The notes: a model not told the origin generated them from the letters alone. DNA of 64,000 bases from Candidatus Brocadiia bacterium (GCA_046538485.1 JBKHIT010000003.1:64001-128000); one strand, 5' to 3'. Positions 29,379-40,366 are shown, counted from the first letter of the stretch. Translations and numbers: made by a program.

Positions 29379-30380
29379 ATGATGCAAGAATTAGATCCGG
29401 ATAGCGAACATTTTGCATGGGCCGGCGCGGTTTCCATCGAAAGGGGGAACGGTTGGGTGCGGCCCTGGCGTATACCGCATGAAAAACGCCAGCTTTTTTA
29501 TCCCGACGTTTTGCAGCAGAAGGCTGCTATGCCGAGCGGGGTCCGGATTGCTTTTCGGAGCGATACGGCCGAAATCAGCGGGAAAATCGTACCTCAACCC
29601 GATATGTCGCCCGTCGATTTGTGTGTGAACGGAGAATTCGTGGCATCGAGTGGAGTGTTGAATGAGAAGGAAGAGTTTAATTTCACAGGACTTGAACCGG
29701 AAGATAAAAAAATCGAATTATGGTTACCGATGTTTGGTGATTTCCGCATAAAATCCCTCTCCCTCGCCGAAGGTGCATTCATCACGGCGGCCCACGATGA
29801 CCGACCTCACTGGATTACCTACGGCAGTTCGATCACACAGTGTCGGCAAGCGGAATCTCCCACGCAGACGTGGCCGGCGATTGTTGCGATGGAGCGCGGA
29901 TTGAACCTGACGTGTCTGGGGTTCGGAGGGCAATGCCATCTCGACCCGATGATCGCTCATATGATCCGTGATATGCCCGCCGACGTGATATCTTTCTGCA
30001 TCGGTGCGAACATCTACGGGAGCGCGAGCCTGAATCCTCGGACCCTGCGTCCGGCGGTCATCGGGAGTGTCAGGACGATTCGAGAAGGGCATCCCCGGGT
30101 GCCGCTCGTGTTGGTGTCCTGTATCTATCTGCACGGAGTCGAAGGTCAGAAGAATGCGGTGGGATTTACTCTTCAGGAGATGCGTGAGGAAGTGCAGGCG
30201 GCGGTCGAAGTTTTGCGAGAGCTGGGCGATGAGAATGTATTTTACGTGGATGGCCAGAAGATGTTTGGTCCGGGAAATGCTGGTGAACAGCCGGACGGTG
30301 TGCATCCAAACGCTGAGGGATACAAGGTTCTCGGTAAGAATTATCTGGATGTGGTCGCTCGTGAATATTTCCCTGAGTAA
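29379..30380 (+). CDS. SGNH/GDSL hydrolase
   Basis: YGSSITQ, LGFGG, GAN, DGVHPN. Confidence 0.92.
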   Translation: MMQELDPDSEHFAWAGAVSIERGNGWVRPWRIPHEKRQLFYPDVLQQKAAMPSGVRIAFRSDTAEISGKIVPQPDMSPVDLCVNGEFVASSGVLNEKEEFNFTGLEPEDKKIELWLPMFGDFRIKSLSLAEGAFITAAHDDRPHWITYGSSITQCRQAESPTQTWPAIVAMERGLNLTCLGFGGQCHLDPMIAHMIRDMPADVISFCIGANIYGSASLNPRTLRPAVIGSVRTIREGHPRVPLVLVSCIYLHGVEGQKNAVGFTLQEMREEVQAAVEVLRELGDENVFYVDGQKMFGPGNAGEQPDGVHPNAEGYKVLGKNYLDVVAREYFPE

Positions 30381-30393
30381 TGAGGTCTGAGAA

Positions 30394-31551
30394 ATGCTCG
30401 GCGGAATTTTCCACAAAGACAAGAACGAATCTCCGGGTCCGTGGGATATAGACGCGCTGGAAGAACGGCCTTTCATCGACTGGATCGAGACAGAAGATCG
30501 TATTAAGTCCCTTTACTATGCGAACGAGCCTTACCACGGGGAGGAAACCCGGATTTATGCGATGTATTCGTACCCCCTTGATGTCGAAGAACCAGTGCCG
30601 GGAGTTGTACTTGTCCACGGCGGAGGTGGCCGGGTGTTCCCGGAATGGGTGGAAATGTGGGAAGAACGAGGCTATGCAGCGCTGGCTATGGATCTCAGCG
30701 GTTCCGGGGCTGACGGAGAGAGACTCGATCGCGGGGCAGGCCCGGATCAGGGACATCAACAGAAATTTGAGGATATTCGCGACGGAATTGAAAACACGTG
30801 GCCTTACCACGCTGTTGCTGCCGTTGTCCGGGCTACCACTGTCCTCTCCCTCCAGCCGGAAGTCGATTCGGAACGCATCGGGATGACGGGCATATCCTGG
30901 GGCGGGTATTTGACCTGCATAGCGGCCGGGCTGGATGAGCGGGTGCGGGCAGCAGTGCCTGTTTATGGCTGCGGTTTTCTGCACGAGAGTAGCTGCTGGG
31001 TCCCGATTCTGGACGAGCTCCCTCAGTCTGAAAGGGAGACCTGGATCGAGAAATTTGATCCGTCTCACTACATCCGGCGAGCAAAACCTCCGATGTTGTG
31101 GGTAACGCATCCGACGGACGACGCCTATAAGTTGGACAGCCATCGCAAAAGTTATGAAGCCCAGCCGGGACCAAAAGCCCTCTCTGTCCAACCCGGGCTC
31201 GGGCACAGTCATGAGGCCGGATGGTCTCCGGATGAGATTGAACTGTTTTTTAATTCCCATTTTGGGAGCGAAGAACCGCTTCCAAGGATTGAATGGCATA
31301 ATCTGGATGAGAAAACCGTGGCGGTGTCGGTTGAGGCCATAACGACCGTAAAGGATGCGACTTTGTATTGGACGACTGACACCTGCGATTGGCCCGAACG
31401 TGAGTGGTTTTCTGGGGAAGCGCGGGGAAGGGGGGCTATTTTTACGGCTGAGCTGCCCGAAGAGCGTCCGTTGAATTTTTTCATGAACGTGACCGATGAG
31501 CGCGGCGCAACGGTCAGCACGCCGTACCGAACATTTGAACAGAAATCTTGA
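30394..31551 (+). CDS. Alpha/beta-fold hydrolase (acetylxylan esterase/PqaA-like)
   Basis: VLVHGGGG, GISWGG, VYGCG, FDPS.Y, GHSH. Confidence 0.87.
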   Translation: MLGGIFHKDKNESPGPWDIDALEERPFIDWIETEDRIKSLYYANEPYHGEETRIYAMYSYPLDVEEPVPGVVLVHGGGGRVFPEWVEMWEERGYAALAMDLSGSGADGERLDRGAGPDQGHQQKFEDIRDGIENTWPYHAVAAVVRATTVLSLQPEVDSERIGMTGISWGGYLTCIAAGLDERVRAAVPVYGCGFLHESSCWVPILDELPQSERETWIEKFDPSHYIRRAKPPMLWVTHPTDDAYKLDSHRKSYEAQPGPKALSVQPGLGHSHEAGWSPDEIELFFNSHFGSEEPLPRIEWHNLDEKTVAVSVEAITTVKDATLYWTTDTCDWPEREWFSGEARGRGAIFTAELPEERPLNFFMNVTDERGATVSTPYRTFEQKS

Positions 31552-31579
31552 GGTTGACGATACGATCGAAGAGCTTTTT

Positions 31580-32218
31580 ATGAATCAGAATTCGTATTCC
31601 CCGGGCAAGAGCCGGATAGATCTTACTCTCAGCGAACTGAACCGGCGGCCCGAACTGGCTTCCGAGAAAGTTGCCGTTGGTGATAACCAATCTTATTGCC
31701 TGCGATTACTTCGATCCGATGACGAAGCGGCTCTTTTTTCGTATTTTGAACGTCTGGGGCCGGAGACGCGAAGCCGTTACGCTCCGCATCCTTTCGACCG
31801 CGAGGCCGCGGGAAAAATCTGTCAGGAAATCGATTACCTGACAGATGCCCGAATAGTGGCGGTTGCTGAAGACGCGGACGGGAGAATCGATGGTTACTTT
31901 ATCGTTCACTGGGGAGTCGGCGAAAACGAGCGCGAGCGTTTTTCAGATTACGGTATCAAACTTTGTCCGGCTTTGACCTGCATGGTGGCACCGTCAGTCG
32001 CCGACGAACAACAGGGACAGGGGTTGGGCAGCGCCATGATGGCCCACGTTTTTGATCTGGCCCGGCGGGTAATGCGACTGACTGTCGTTTTGCAGGGGGG
32101 TGTGCAGGCGAGTAATACTGTTGCGCGGAATTTCTACGCAAAATTCGGCTTCCGAAATGTCGGCATTTTTGAGGCCGCAAACCGGCAAAACTACGATATG
32201 ATGGTGGAGTTGCGGTGA
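31580..32218 (+). CDS. GNAT family acetyltransferase
   Basis: VADEQQGQGLGS, N..ARNFYAKFGF. Confidence 0.9.
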   Translation: MNQNSYSPGKSRIDLTLSELNRRPELASEKVAVGDNQSYCLRLLRSDDEAALFSYFERLGPETRSRYAPHPFDREAAGKICQEIDYLTDARIVAVAEDADGRIDGYFIVHWGVGENERERFSDYGIKLCPALTCMVAPSVADEQQGQGLGSAMMAHVFDLARRVMRLTVVLQGGVQASNTVARNFYAKFGFRNVGIFEAANRQNYDMMVELR

Positions 32219-32395
32219 TAAAGGACGGATGCCATAGATTCCCATCTGGCTGAGATTTAAAATAAATGAGAGGATACAGGGCTATAGACGAAAATGGACA
32301 TAAACAAAACGGCAGAGACCTTGAGCCAACGGACGGGTTTTCGGAAACAGATTTCGGGCCCTGAACCGGATTCATATTTGACAGAATGGACAGAT

Positions 32396-34315
32396 ATGGC
32401 GGATAAAGAGCTGGGAAAAACCATCGTTGTCGATACTACCGAAAGTGACCATGCAAAACTACGGCCGGTCCCCGTTTCATCGGTACAATTGAACGACGAA
32501 TTCTGGGCACCACGTCTCAGAACCAATCGCGAAGTGACGATACCGGACCAGTTTCGATCAATCGAAGAGAGCGGGCGATTGGATAACCTTCGTCGGGCCG
32601 GAGGACTGGCGGACGGTAAATTTGAGGGGATTTATTTCAATGATTCCGATATCTATAAATGGCTGGAAGCCGCCTGCTGGGAATTCGCTCGGGAGCCCGA
32701 TGATGAGCTTAAACAGAAGATAGAGCAAACCGTATCGATTATCGAGCAGGCGCAGGAAGACGATGGGTACCTCAACAGTTACTTCACACTTATGTCTCCT
32801 GATAAACGTTGGGAAAACTTACGTGACCGGCACGAACTGTATTGCGCAGGACATATGATACAGGCAGCTGTGGCGCATCATCGAGCAACCAGCAGCGACC
32901 GAATGCTGAACGTCGCCTGCCGATTCGCGGACCTGATTTGCGATGTGTTTGGTCCTGGAGAGGACCAAAGAAAAGGTGCTGCAGGCCACCCGGAAATTGA
33001 AATGGCATTGGTGGAACTTTACAGAACAACCGGGAATGAACGGTACCTCGAGCAAGCCAGATTCCAGGTGAGTTGCCGGGGGAAAGGAGTCGCGGGCGGC
33101 GATGTCTATCATCAGGATCACATACCGATTGCAGAGATGACACGTATGGTCGGTCACGCGGTTCGGGCCGTATATCTCAATGCGGGTGTTACGGATATTT
33201 ATACTGAAACTGGGGCGGAAAGTTTCATAACGGCGCTGAACAAAATGTGGAAGAACATGGTTACACGGCAGATGTATGTAACCGGTTCCCTCGGGTCGCG
33301 CTATAAAGGTGAGGCATTTGGGCGTGATTATGAGCTGCCCAACGAACGAGCCTATGCGGAATCCTGTGCTGCTATTGCCAGCATTATGTGGAATTGGCGG
33401 ATGCTGATGCTGGAGGGCGATGCGAAATATGCTGAGGTGTTGGAGCGCATCCTCTACAATGGTTTCCTGAGCTCAATTTCACTGGATGGAACTCGCTACT
33501 TCTATCAAAATCCTCTTGCCGACGATGGCACACACCGCCGGCAAGAATGGTTTTCGTGCGCCTGTTGTCCGCCAAACATTGCGAGGATGTTGTCCTCTTT
33601 GCCAGGCTACTTTTACAGCACATCGCAGGACGGAGTTTGGGTCCATCTTTTTGCGGGGAACAGTGCAAATCTGGAATTGCCTGACGGGACCGACGTCAGT
33701 CTGACTCAGCGAACGCGGTATCCCTGGGAGGGACTAATTGAGATCGGGGTGTGCGGAGAGGGCGTTTTCAGCGTTTATGTGCGGATCCCTGAGTGGGCAG
33801 GGAATGAGGCCGAGTTGACGGTCGGCGAGGATCCCAATCCGCGTTACGTAGAGGGTGGGGAATATACGGAGGTCCGGAGAGATTGGTCCGACGGGGCGGT
33901 TATTGCGGTAAATTTGCCCATGAAAGTTTTTCGCGTTGTGAGTCATCCGTACGTTACCCAGAATGTCTGTCGGGTGGCCTTAATGCGAGGGCCTTTTGTT
34001 TACTGTTTTGAACAAGTCGATAATCCCAATATTGATCCTCGCGAGATCGTTCTACCGGGGCCGGGAGGGGTTGTGGAGACCTCTTACGAGGACAAAACAC
34101 TCGACGGGATTGTCATTTTGCGCACTGAAATTGGTTTGGTCCCCGCCGGCGAACTCTGGGAGAATCGCCTGTATCGTCGACGAAACATCTCGGACGGAGA
34201 GGCGACGACGATCGGGCAGGATATGCGGGGCGGTATCGAGATGACAGCGGTGCCTTATTTCGCCTGGGGGAACCGTGAGCCAGGACGTATGCAGGTCTGG
34301 TTGCGATCGAGATGA
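32396..34315 (+). CDS. GH127 beta-L-arabinofuranosidase-like glycosidase
   Basis: DSDIYKWLEA, HELYCAGH, GHAVRA.Y, YAESCA, CACCPPN, PYFAWGNR; start 32294 or 32396. Confidence 0.95.
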   Translation: MADKELGKTIVVDTTESDHAKLRPVPVSSVQLNDEFWAPRLRTNREVTIPDQFRSIEESGRLDNLRRAGGLADGKFEGIYFNDSDIYKWLEAACWEFAREPDDELKQKIEQTVSIIEQAQEDDGYLNSYFTLMSPDKRWENLRDRHELYCAGHMIQAAVAHHRATSSDRMLNVACRFADLICDVFGPGEDQRKGAAGHPEIEMALVELYRTTGNERYLEQARFQVSCRGKGVAGGDVYHQDHIPIAEMTRMVGHAVRAVYLNAGVTDIYTETGAESFITALNKMWKNMVTRQMYVTGSLGSRYKGEAFGRDYELPNERAYAESCAAIASIMWNWRMLMLEGDAKYAEVLERILYNGFLSSISLDGTRYFYQNPLADDGTHRRQEWFSCACCPPNIARMLSSLPGYFYSTSQDGVWVHLFAGNSANLELPDGTDVSLTQRTRYPWEGLIEIGVCGEGVFSVYVRIPEWAGNEAELTVGEDPNPRYVEGGEYTEVRRDWSDGAVIAVNLPMKVFRVVSHPYVTQNVCRVALMRGPFVYCFEQVDNPNIDPREIVLPGPGGVVETSYEDKTLDGIVILRTEIGLVPAGELWENRLYRRRNISDGEATTIGQDMRGGIEMTAVPYFAWGNREPGRMQVWLRSR

Positions 34316-34368
34316 GTTTTTGCTTAAATCCCGAATTAGAATTGTAATAACGAAAGGTTTTGAAATAC

Positions 34369-35685
34369 ATGTCTCTACCGAATATTCTGTATCTCCATTC
34401 TCATGACACGGGTCGTTACATTGAGCCGTTTGGTCACGATATTCCTGCACCTAATTTGAGCCGTCTGGCAAAAGAGGGAGTGTTGTTTCGCCAGCTGCAC
34501 TGTTCTTGTCCAACGTGCTCTCCGAGTCGAGGGGCGATGCTTACCGGCCAGAGCGCGCATTCTTCAGGTATGCTCGGGCTTGCGCACCGCGGATTCAGGC
34601 TTAACGATTACAGCCAACATATTCTGAGCACTTTGCGGGGAGCTGGCTATCACAGCAGTCTGATCGGGGCGCAGCATATCGCCGAGGATGCCGATTCGAT
34701 TGGATACGATGAAATCGTCGATATAGAGCCCGGGGGTGGCGAGGCGATTTGTGAGGGGGCGGAATCATTTTTTGAGAATCCGCCAGAAGAGCCCTTCTTT
34801 GTATCCGTAGGGTATGCGACTACACACAGGAAGTATGCAGAACCCAGCGGGAAGGGCGCCGAGGACCCGCGTTATTGTTGTCCGCCGCCGCCATTGCCAG
34901 ATACACCGGAGACGCGTTATGACATGGCCAGCTACAAAGCTTCAGCGCGAAAACTGGATGCGGAGATGGGGCGGGTCTTGAAAGCTCTCGATCAAAGTGC
35001 CGTAGCAGACGAGACGCTGGTTATCTGCACAACAGACCACGGAATTGCTTTCCCCTATATGAAATGTAACCTGACGGATCACGGGACGGGCGTTTTTATG
35101 ATCATGCGCGGACCGGGCGGCTTTGAGGGTGGCCGTGTGCTGGATTCTTTGCTCAGTCATGTTGACCTTTTCCCCACGCTGTGCGATCTGCTTGAAATTC
35201 AGCCGCCAGATTGGCTGGAAGGCAAATCCTTCATGCCGATCATCCGGGGAGAGACGGAGGAGATCAACGATGCCATCTTCACAGAAGTGACTTTCCACGC
35301 GGCATACGAACCGCAACGAGCAGTGAGAACCCGGCGGTTCAAATACATCCGCCGTTTCGGGGAAATGGCGAACAGAAGGGTTCTGGCTAACTGTGATGGT
35401 GGCCCGAGCAAAAACGTATGGATTGATTCCGGATGGGCCGACAGACCTGTTGATGAGGAACAACTCTACGACCTGACTTTCGATCCTGCAGAGACGAACA
35501 ATCTTGCCGGGGAGGAAGAGATGGGCGAGGTGTTGGATGAAATGCGGGGAAGACTGGATCGCTGGATGGAAGAGACGGACGATCCTTTGCTTGAAGGAGA
35601 GGTGCCGCCGCCTCCGGGAGCCTGTGTCACCCCGCCGGATTCGGTATCCGCGGGGCAAAACGTGCGCACAGTACCGAAGGAATAA
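34369..35685 (+). CDS. Sulfatase (sulfamidase-like), no signal peptide
   Basis: PNILYLHSHD, CSPSRGAMLTG, TTDHG, LYDL..DP.E..NLA. Confidence 0.95.
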   Translation: MSLPNILYLHSHDTGRYIEPFGHDIPAPNLSRLAKEGVLFRQLHCSCPTCSPSRGAMLTGQSAHSSGMLGLAHRGFRLNDYSQHILSTLRGAGYHSSLIGAQHIAEDADSIGYDEIVDIEPGGGEAICEGAESFFENPPEEPFFVSVGYATTHRKYAEPSGKGAEDPRYCCPPPPLPDTPETRYDMASYKASARKLDAEMGRVLKALDQSAVADETLVICTTDHGIAFPYMKCNLTDHGTGVFMIMRGPGGFEGGRVLDSLLSHVDLFPTLCDLLEIQPPDWLEGKSFMPIIRGETEEINDAIFTEVTFHAAYEPQRAVRTRRFKYIRRFGEMANRRVLANCDGGPSKNVWIDSGWADRPVDEEQLYDLTFDPAETNNLAGEEEMGEVLDEMRGRLDRWMEETDDPLLEGEVPPPPGACVTPPDSVSAGQNVRTVPKE

Positions 35686-35763
35686 GTATCCTCCCGAAAT
35701 TCGCGCGGTTTCTCAGCCGTGTGCCGCCCCCATTTATCGTCGGTCTCTGCAGTTGCTGCCTCG

Positions 35764-37335
35764 TTAATCAATTGTTTTCAAACAATGATCCCAGGGCAGG
35801 GGAGTTTTAGATTTGAGAGCTTGAAATTCCGGGCAGTGAAGCATGAGAGCGCCGGAGGTATTGTTACGGTGGAAACAGCTTACGATTTGAGCGCCCGCGC
35901 CGAGGAGCAGCCGATCGCGGAGCTGCCTGACTCCTTCGTCGTCTTCGACAAGATTCAGGTAATGATCGCAAATTTCATACATATTCCCGGCGGCCCATTG
36001 CGATGTTCGCGTCGGTACGAAAGCTGTTTGCCCGGTTACGGCGCCGTTTGTGCGCGTCAGGAACGTGAAAGCGCTGCGCAGACCTGTTTCAAGCTGAGGC
36101 AAGACTTGTTCCGCCAGGTCATGGCTTTGTTCGCAGAGTGATCGAGCCATTGTCAGCGCGGGCAAGAGCCCGTTGATGATATTGAGATTGCCGCACCAGA
36201 TGTGGCATTTTCCTTCGACCAGGCAGCCGGAATCGTACCAACCCTCATTTGATATGACTTCGCCTGCGAACTCAGCGGCGGTGGAGAGAAGCTTGCCTTG
36301 AGCGTCCGGGCTAAAGAACAGTCCGTGCTCGGCTTTATGGGCGAGACAGTACCAGGTCATACCCGCGAGGATACGTCCGTCGTATACGCGACATTGTCCT
36401 GCGCAACCGGGTTCCAGTGGCAGATCAAGCTGATATCGGAACATTTCTCCGGCCGTGTGGAGTATTTCCCGGGCGTAATCTTTGTTGTCTCCAGGCCCGA
36501 ACCGGAAATAGAAATACATTTGGGCCAGAAACTTCAGCGCGAGAGCGTCCTGTTGTCGTGAATGTCCCAGGGGGGAACGCTCATTTTCGACATCGGAGAC
36601 TGCGGCCAGGCGCCCATCCCCGACCCACATTACGTTTTGGATGGTGTGGATGATTCTGTGCAGAGTTTCTTCGCAATAAGTTGCGCGTTCCGGCTCTCCA
36701 AGGGTGTGATAAACATGGGCGGCGAACAGAAATCCCAATCCGCCATCGTGTTGAAGTTCGGGCCAGGTTTTTTCTTCTGTGACAAATTCGCGGCGGAATT
36801 TAGCGGCGGCCTCATCTGAAAACGGGTCGATGGAAGGAGGGAGCGCGTCTCGATAGCATTTGTAATAGATTCCGTACTGTCTATCGAAGGCGAATTCGGC
36901 TCGTGCGAGGTTGTAGCTTGCTCGTGCATGTTCCGGACTTTCGCCGGGGAAACGGACGTAAACGACGGCGCTGCCGACCTCGTTTTGTGCAAGACTTTGT
37001 TTTTCCACCATAACGTCTACCATGAGATGCCAGCATCCCGGTTCGAGTTTCAGGGTTTTTTGGGGGAGCAGCAGTTGATAGGAGCCGGGACCATTTTCAC
37101 GGAATTGGTCCATAAGGTGGTCGAGTTCATCTATGTTATTACTATAGAGAGCTTTTGTTGTTTCAGAGAAGATTTCGTGGGCGGTAAGAACAAATTCAGC
37201 ATTTTCAGGAAGGTCTGTGTTCCACGTCATTTTTACAGCCATACACAGAGGGGTATGTTCCGTCAGTATTGAGGGAACGAAGTCGGTATGACTGTGTATA
37301 AGTTCGCTCTGGATTTTAAAGCCAGCCGCATTCAT
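35764..37335 (-). CDS. Hypothetical protein
   Basis: Long ORF with AGAGG RBS; no recognised motif. Confidence 0.65.
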   Translation of the reverse strand: MNAAGFKIQSELIHSHTDFVPSILTEHTPLCMAVKMTWNTDLPENAEFVLTAHEIFSETTKALYSNNIDELDHLMDQFRENGPGSYQLLLPQKTLKLEPGCWHLMVDVMVEKQSLAQNEVGSAVVYVRFPGESPEHARASYNLARAEFAFDRQYGIYYKCYRDALPPSIDPFSDEAAAKFRREFVTEEKTWPELQHDGGLGFLFAAHVYHTLGEPERATYCEETLHRIIHTIQNVMWVGDGRLAAVSDVENERSPLGHSRQQDALALKFLAQMYFYFRFGPGDNKDYAREILHTAGEMFRYQLDLPLEPGCAGQCRVYDGRILAGMTWYCLAHKAEHGLFFSPDAQGKLLSTAAEFAGEVISNEGWYDSGCLVEGKCHIWCGNLNIINGLLPALTMARSLCEQSHDLAEQVLPQLETGLRSAFTFLTRTNGAVTGQTAFVPTRTSQWAAGNMYEICDHYLNLVEDDEGVRQLRDRLLLGAGAQIVSCFHRNNTSGALMLHCPEFQALKSKTPLPWDHCLKTID

Positions 37336-37659
37336 TGAGTTTCCTCTGGTTTCTGGTAAGAAGCGCCCGGCATGTCGGACTAACACTATGTCGTACCCGA
37401 AAGACTTTTCGGGCGGGCCGGGCTGGAATCAAGGTTACGTTCGGACGTGTTGAGGTTACATATTTTGGGGAGTATGGTCAATTCAGTTAAGTCCTGCCGG
37501 ACCGGATCGTAAGGGTTTGTATTGTTCATTATGGTGGCTCTCACTTGCAAAAAAATCCCTTAGAACGTATAAACATTATCTCACAATTGACCATAAAGTT
37601 TGTGGATACGGACGCGCGGCACCGATTTCCTATTCGTTCAACCGGTCAGGGGTGCAAGC

Positions 37660-39612
37660 ATGCAGATCCGTGAGCATAAGGACCATTTTTGGGTTGAGTT
37701 TGAGAACGGAATGTCTGTTGAAGTTTTGAGCGATGGTCGCAATTTCGATGGGGTCGGACGGGTAAAATCTGGGCGTCGGCATTTGCGGGGAGAAGATTTG
37801 CCGATTCTCCCTCTTATTACCACCCTGGATGGGTATCAGGTGCGTCATTTTGAAATCGACGATGTAGAAGAAGATGACAAAGTTTTGACCATTACTTTCC
37901 GGCCTTTCATCACGGTATGCGGGCATAGTGAGAGGGAGACAAAAGAAGGGGGGGACTGCTGGCATACTTCCGAATGGAATCAAGAAGCGTTCCACGACCG
38001 GGGAGGGTCGCTGGAATTAGAGTTGAGACCGGTGAATCGGTTGATGGGCCAGATCGAGTTTTCAGGATTTTCCTATTCATATAAATTCCGCTCGCGGAAA
38101 TATTATCCTCACGCCATTCATGATCGGGCTACCTGGGAACTGGATGGTCGCGCGACGGGTAATACTTTGTTCATGCCCTCCGTGGTCCGGGAGCCAAAAA
38201 AGGAAATCCAGAATAAACAGGATGAATTCAGCTCGGTTTCCCGCGACGGAGAAGACATTATCAGTCAGTTCCGTCCTTTTTTCACAGAGCTTGGGGGAAT
38301 GACATTTCAGTGTAATGGGACGAGCCTGCTGGTGACGGCATTTGAAGAGCCCTTCCCATGTCGGACGGTGATTGAGAAGCCGGCCGATGAGAATTATGTT
38401 GTGCACTGGCATCAGCTCAAGGGAATAAAATCGAGGAACGGTGGCGCGATTGATGTCCCGGCGCAAGAGATCCTCTATGCTGAGACAAAAGAAAATCGGG
38501 AAATCGATCGGATGAATCAATACGATGCGGTCCGACGCGAAGTTTCGACGTGGCATCGCGATGCGCTCGGGATAGCCGAGGAGAAGCCGTGTCCGTCCGG
38601 ATCATTGCTTTCTGGATCGCTGGATAGAGAAGAAGTGGTAGAACGCGGGGTCGAAGAATTAGCTGATGCTGGCTGCAAAGAAGTAGTAATTCGGGACCTT
38701 GTTTATTCGGACTCAGACCACGGCTTGCAGCTTGAAGATGATATCAATCGGATAGGCGATATGGCGTCAGATTTGCTCGGTTCAATTGTTGAGGCCATTC
38801 ATCACTGGGGCATGGAAGCCGGTATGGTTCTGCTCCCTGGACTGGAAGATACCACATGCGATTCTGATTCACAGGAGGGGCTGGAGGAATTTCTTAAAGA
38901 ACTGCGAGACGATGTCGAACTGGACTGTATTTACCTGGCAGGGGGCAGCCGGGAACCTTCTTTAGACGATCGTCGGGCGTACGTTAAAAAACTGATCAAA
39001 GCTGTGGAACTTGATCTACAAAAAAAGTTTGTCTCAGTCGCCCAAAAAATTGGGTTTCGATGTGGGACGGCCGGTCTGGGTTGTGGGGGAATCAACTTCC
39101 AGCAAATTCCTTACGAAGCGATCCGGAACCGCGAATTTTTGTATCAGGGCTTGAGTACGGATTTTCCTTATGAGGAAGTCATAGCGGTCGAAGATGATCC
39201 TCATGACGCATATTTCCGCGGTTATGCGAATTATCTTTGCTACAGGGTTGCTTTTGGCAGCCATCACGAAGGAGAACGTCCAGAAATGGATAAGTGGTGG
39301 GATTCATTCCTCGTTTCTGTAAATAGCGCATTTGATGCGGTGCGAGAACACATGGGAAAAGCGCGTTTGCTGGCCGATGACGCGGGTGTATTGTGGTCCG
39401 ATGCTGAAGAACCGAAGGCGATGAAAGTGCTCTGGGCATTTAACAGCTTGAAATGGGACGTGGGACCGGAGGCTGACATTTTTGACGTGATGAGTGGAGA
39501 GCCGATCGAATTAAACATACCCGACGAGGACACCGAAGATCCGGTGGAATTTAAAGCAGAAGCTCGACGAGTCTATTTGGTGCAAAATGCACTGGAGCTG
39601 GAAAGCTATTGA
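37660..39612 (+). CDS. Hypothetical acidic protein
   Basis: About 650-aa ORF; TTGCAA-17-TATAAA upstream at 37545-37573; no family recognised. Confidence 0.7.
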   Translation: MQIREHKDHFWVEFENGMSVEVLSDGRNFDGVGRVKSGRRHLRGEDLPILPLITTLDGYQVRHFEIDDVEEDDKVLTITFRPFITVCGHSERETKEGGDCWHTSEWNQEAFHDRGGSLELELRPVNRLMGQIEFSGFSYSYKFRSRKYYPHAIHDRATWELDGRATGNTLFMPSVVREPKKEIQNKQDEFSSVSRDGEDIISQFRPFFTELGGMTFQCNGTSLLVTAFEEPFPCRTVIEKPADENYVVHWHQLKGIKSRNGGAIDVPAQEILYAETKENREIDRMNQYDAVRREVSTWHRDALGIAEEKPCPSGSLLSGSLDREEVVERGVEELADAGCKEVVIRDLVYSDSDHGLQLEDDINRIGDMASDLLGSIVEAIHHWGMEAGMVLLPGLEDTTCDSDSQEGLEEFLKELRDDVELDCIYLAGGSREPSLDDRRAYVKKLIKAVELDLQKKFVSVAQKIGFRCGTAGLGCGGINFQQIPYEAIRNREFLYQGLSTDFPYEEVIAVEDDPHDAYFRGYANYLCYRVAFGSHHEGERPEMDKWWDSFLVSVNSAFDAVREHMGKARLLADDAGVLWSDAEEPKAMKVLWAFNSLKWDVGPEADIFDVMSGEPIELNIPDEDTEDPVEFKAEARRVYLVQNALELESY

Positions 39613-39655
39613 GGGACCGGGCGGTATTCTGAGATGTTTTGCACCTTGCCGGGTT

Positions 39656-40366
39656 TCAGTCGACCTCAGAGACGTCATCCCAGTCTGGATATAGATGTTT
39701 CAGCGCCAACCGGGCGGCTGCCTGCTCAGCTTCTTTTTTGCTGCTTCCCTGCCCTCTACCATAGATCTGACTGTCGATTTTTACTTCTGCCTCGAAAAGC
39801 GCATCGTGTGCAGGCCCCGAGGCGTGCTGCGTGCGGTAAGCGGGAGGCGGTTTGCCTTCTCCCTGGGCAAATTCCTGGAGCACAGACTTGTAGTTGAGTT
39901 GTCCGTATTGTTGACGAGCCAGCTCTAATTCCGGTCTCAGGGTTCTTTTCAGAAACGAGCAGGCGGTTTCGAACCCGCCATCGAGGTAAATTGCTGCCAA
40001 GAGGGCTTCATAAGCATTTCCAATTATTGATCCCGGGTAAGGTTTTTGCTTTTTCAGGCCTTTACCGATTCGCAAATATTTGCCCAGACCGAGTCGTCTG
40101 CCCGCGCGGGCCATACTGCTACGACTGGCAGCAATGGATCGAATCTTTGACATCTCTCCCTCGTTGAGACTGTCGGAACTTCGATAAAGGTATTCGGCAA
40201 CAATAATTTCGGCTACGGCGTCCCCGAGAAACTCAAGCCGTTCGTACGATTCTTCGCGGTCTGTAGCAGCTGACGGGTGAGTCAAGGCTTTTTGAAGCAG
40301 AGAGGGATCTTTGAAAATGTAATCGATATCATGCTGCAATTCGCTGGGGGAAACAGCAGGGCTCAT
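39656..40366 (-). CDS. rnc: Ribonuclease III
   Basis: ALTHPS, ERLEFLGDAV, YEALLAAIYLDGG, dsRBD SKKEAEQAAA. Confidence 0.97.
   Translation of the reverse strand: MSPAVSPSELQHDIDYIFKDPSLLQKALTHPSAATDREESYERLEFLGDAVAEIIVAEYLYRSSDSLNEGEMSKIRSIAASRSSMARAGRRLGLGKYLRIGKGLKKQKPYPGSIIGNAYEALLAAIYLDGGFETACSFLKRTLRPELELARQQYGQLNYKSVLQEFAQGEGKPPPAYRTQHASGPAHDALFEAEVKIDSQIYGRGQGSSKKEAEQAAARLALKHLYPDWDDVSEVD

Noticed and set aside
30166..31299. 377-aa minus-strand ORF
   Set aside because: Antisense shadow across two clear plus-strand genes
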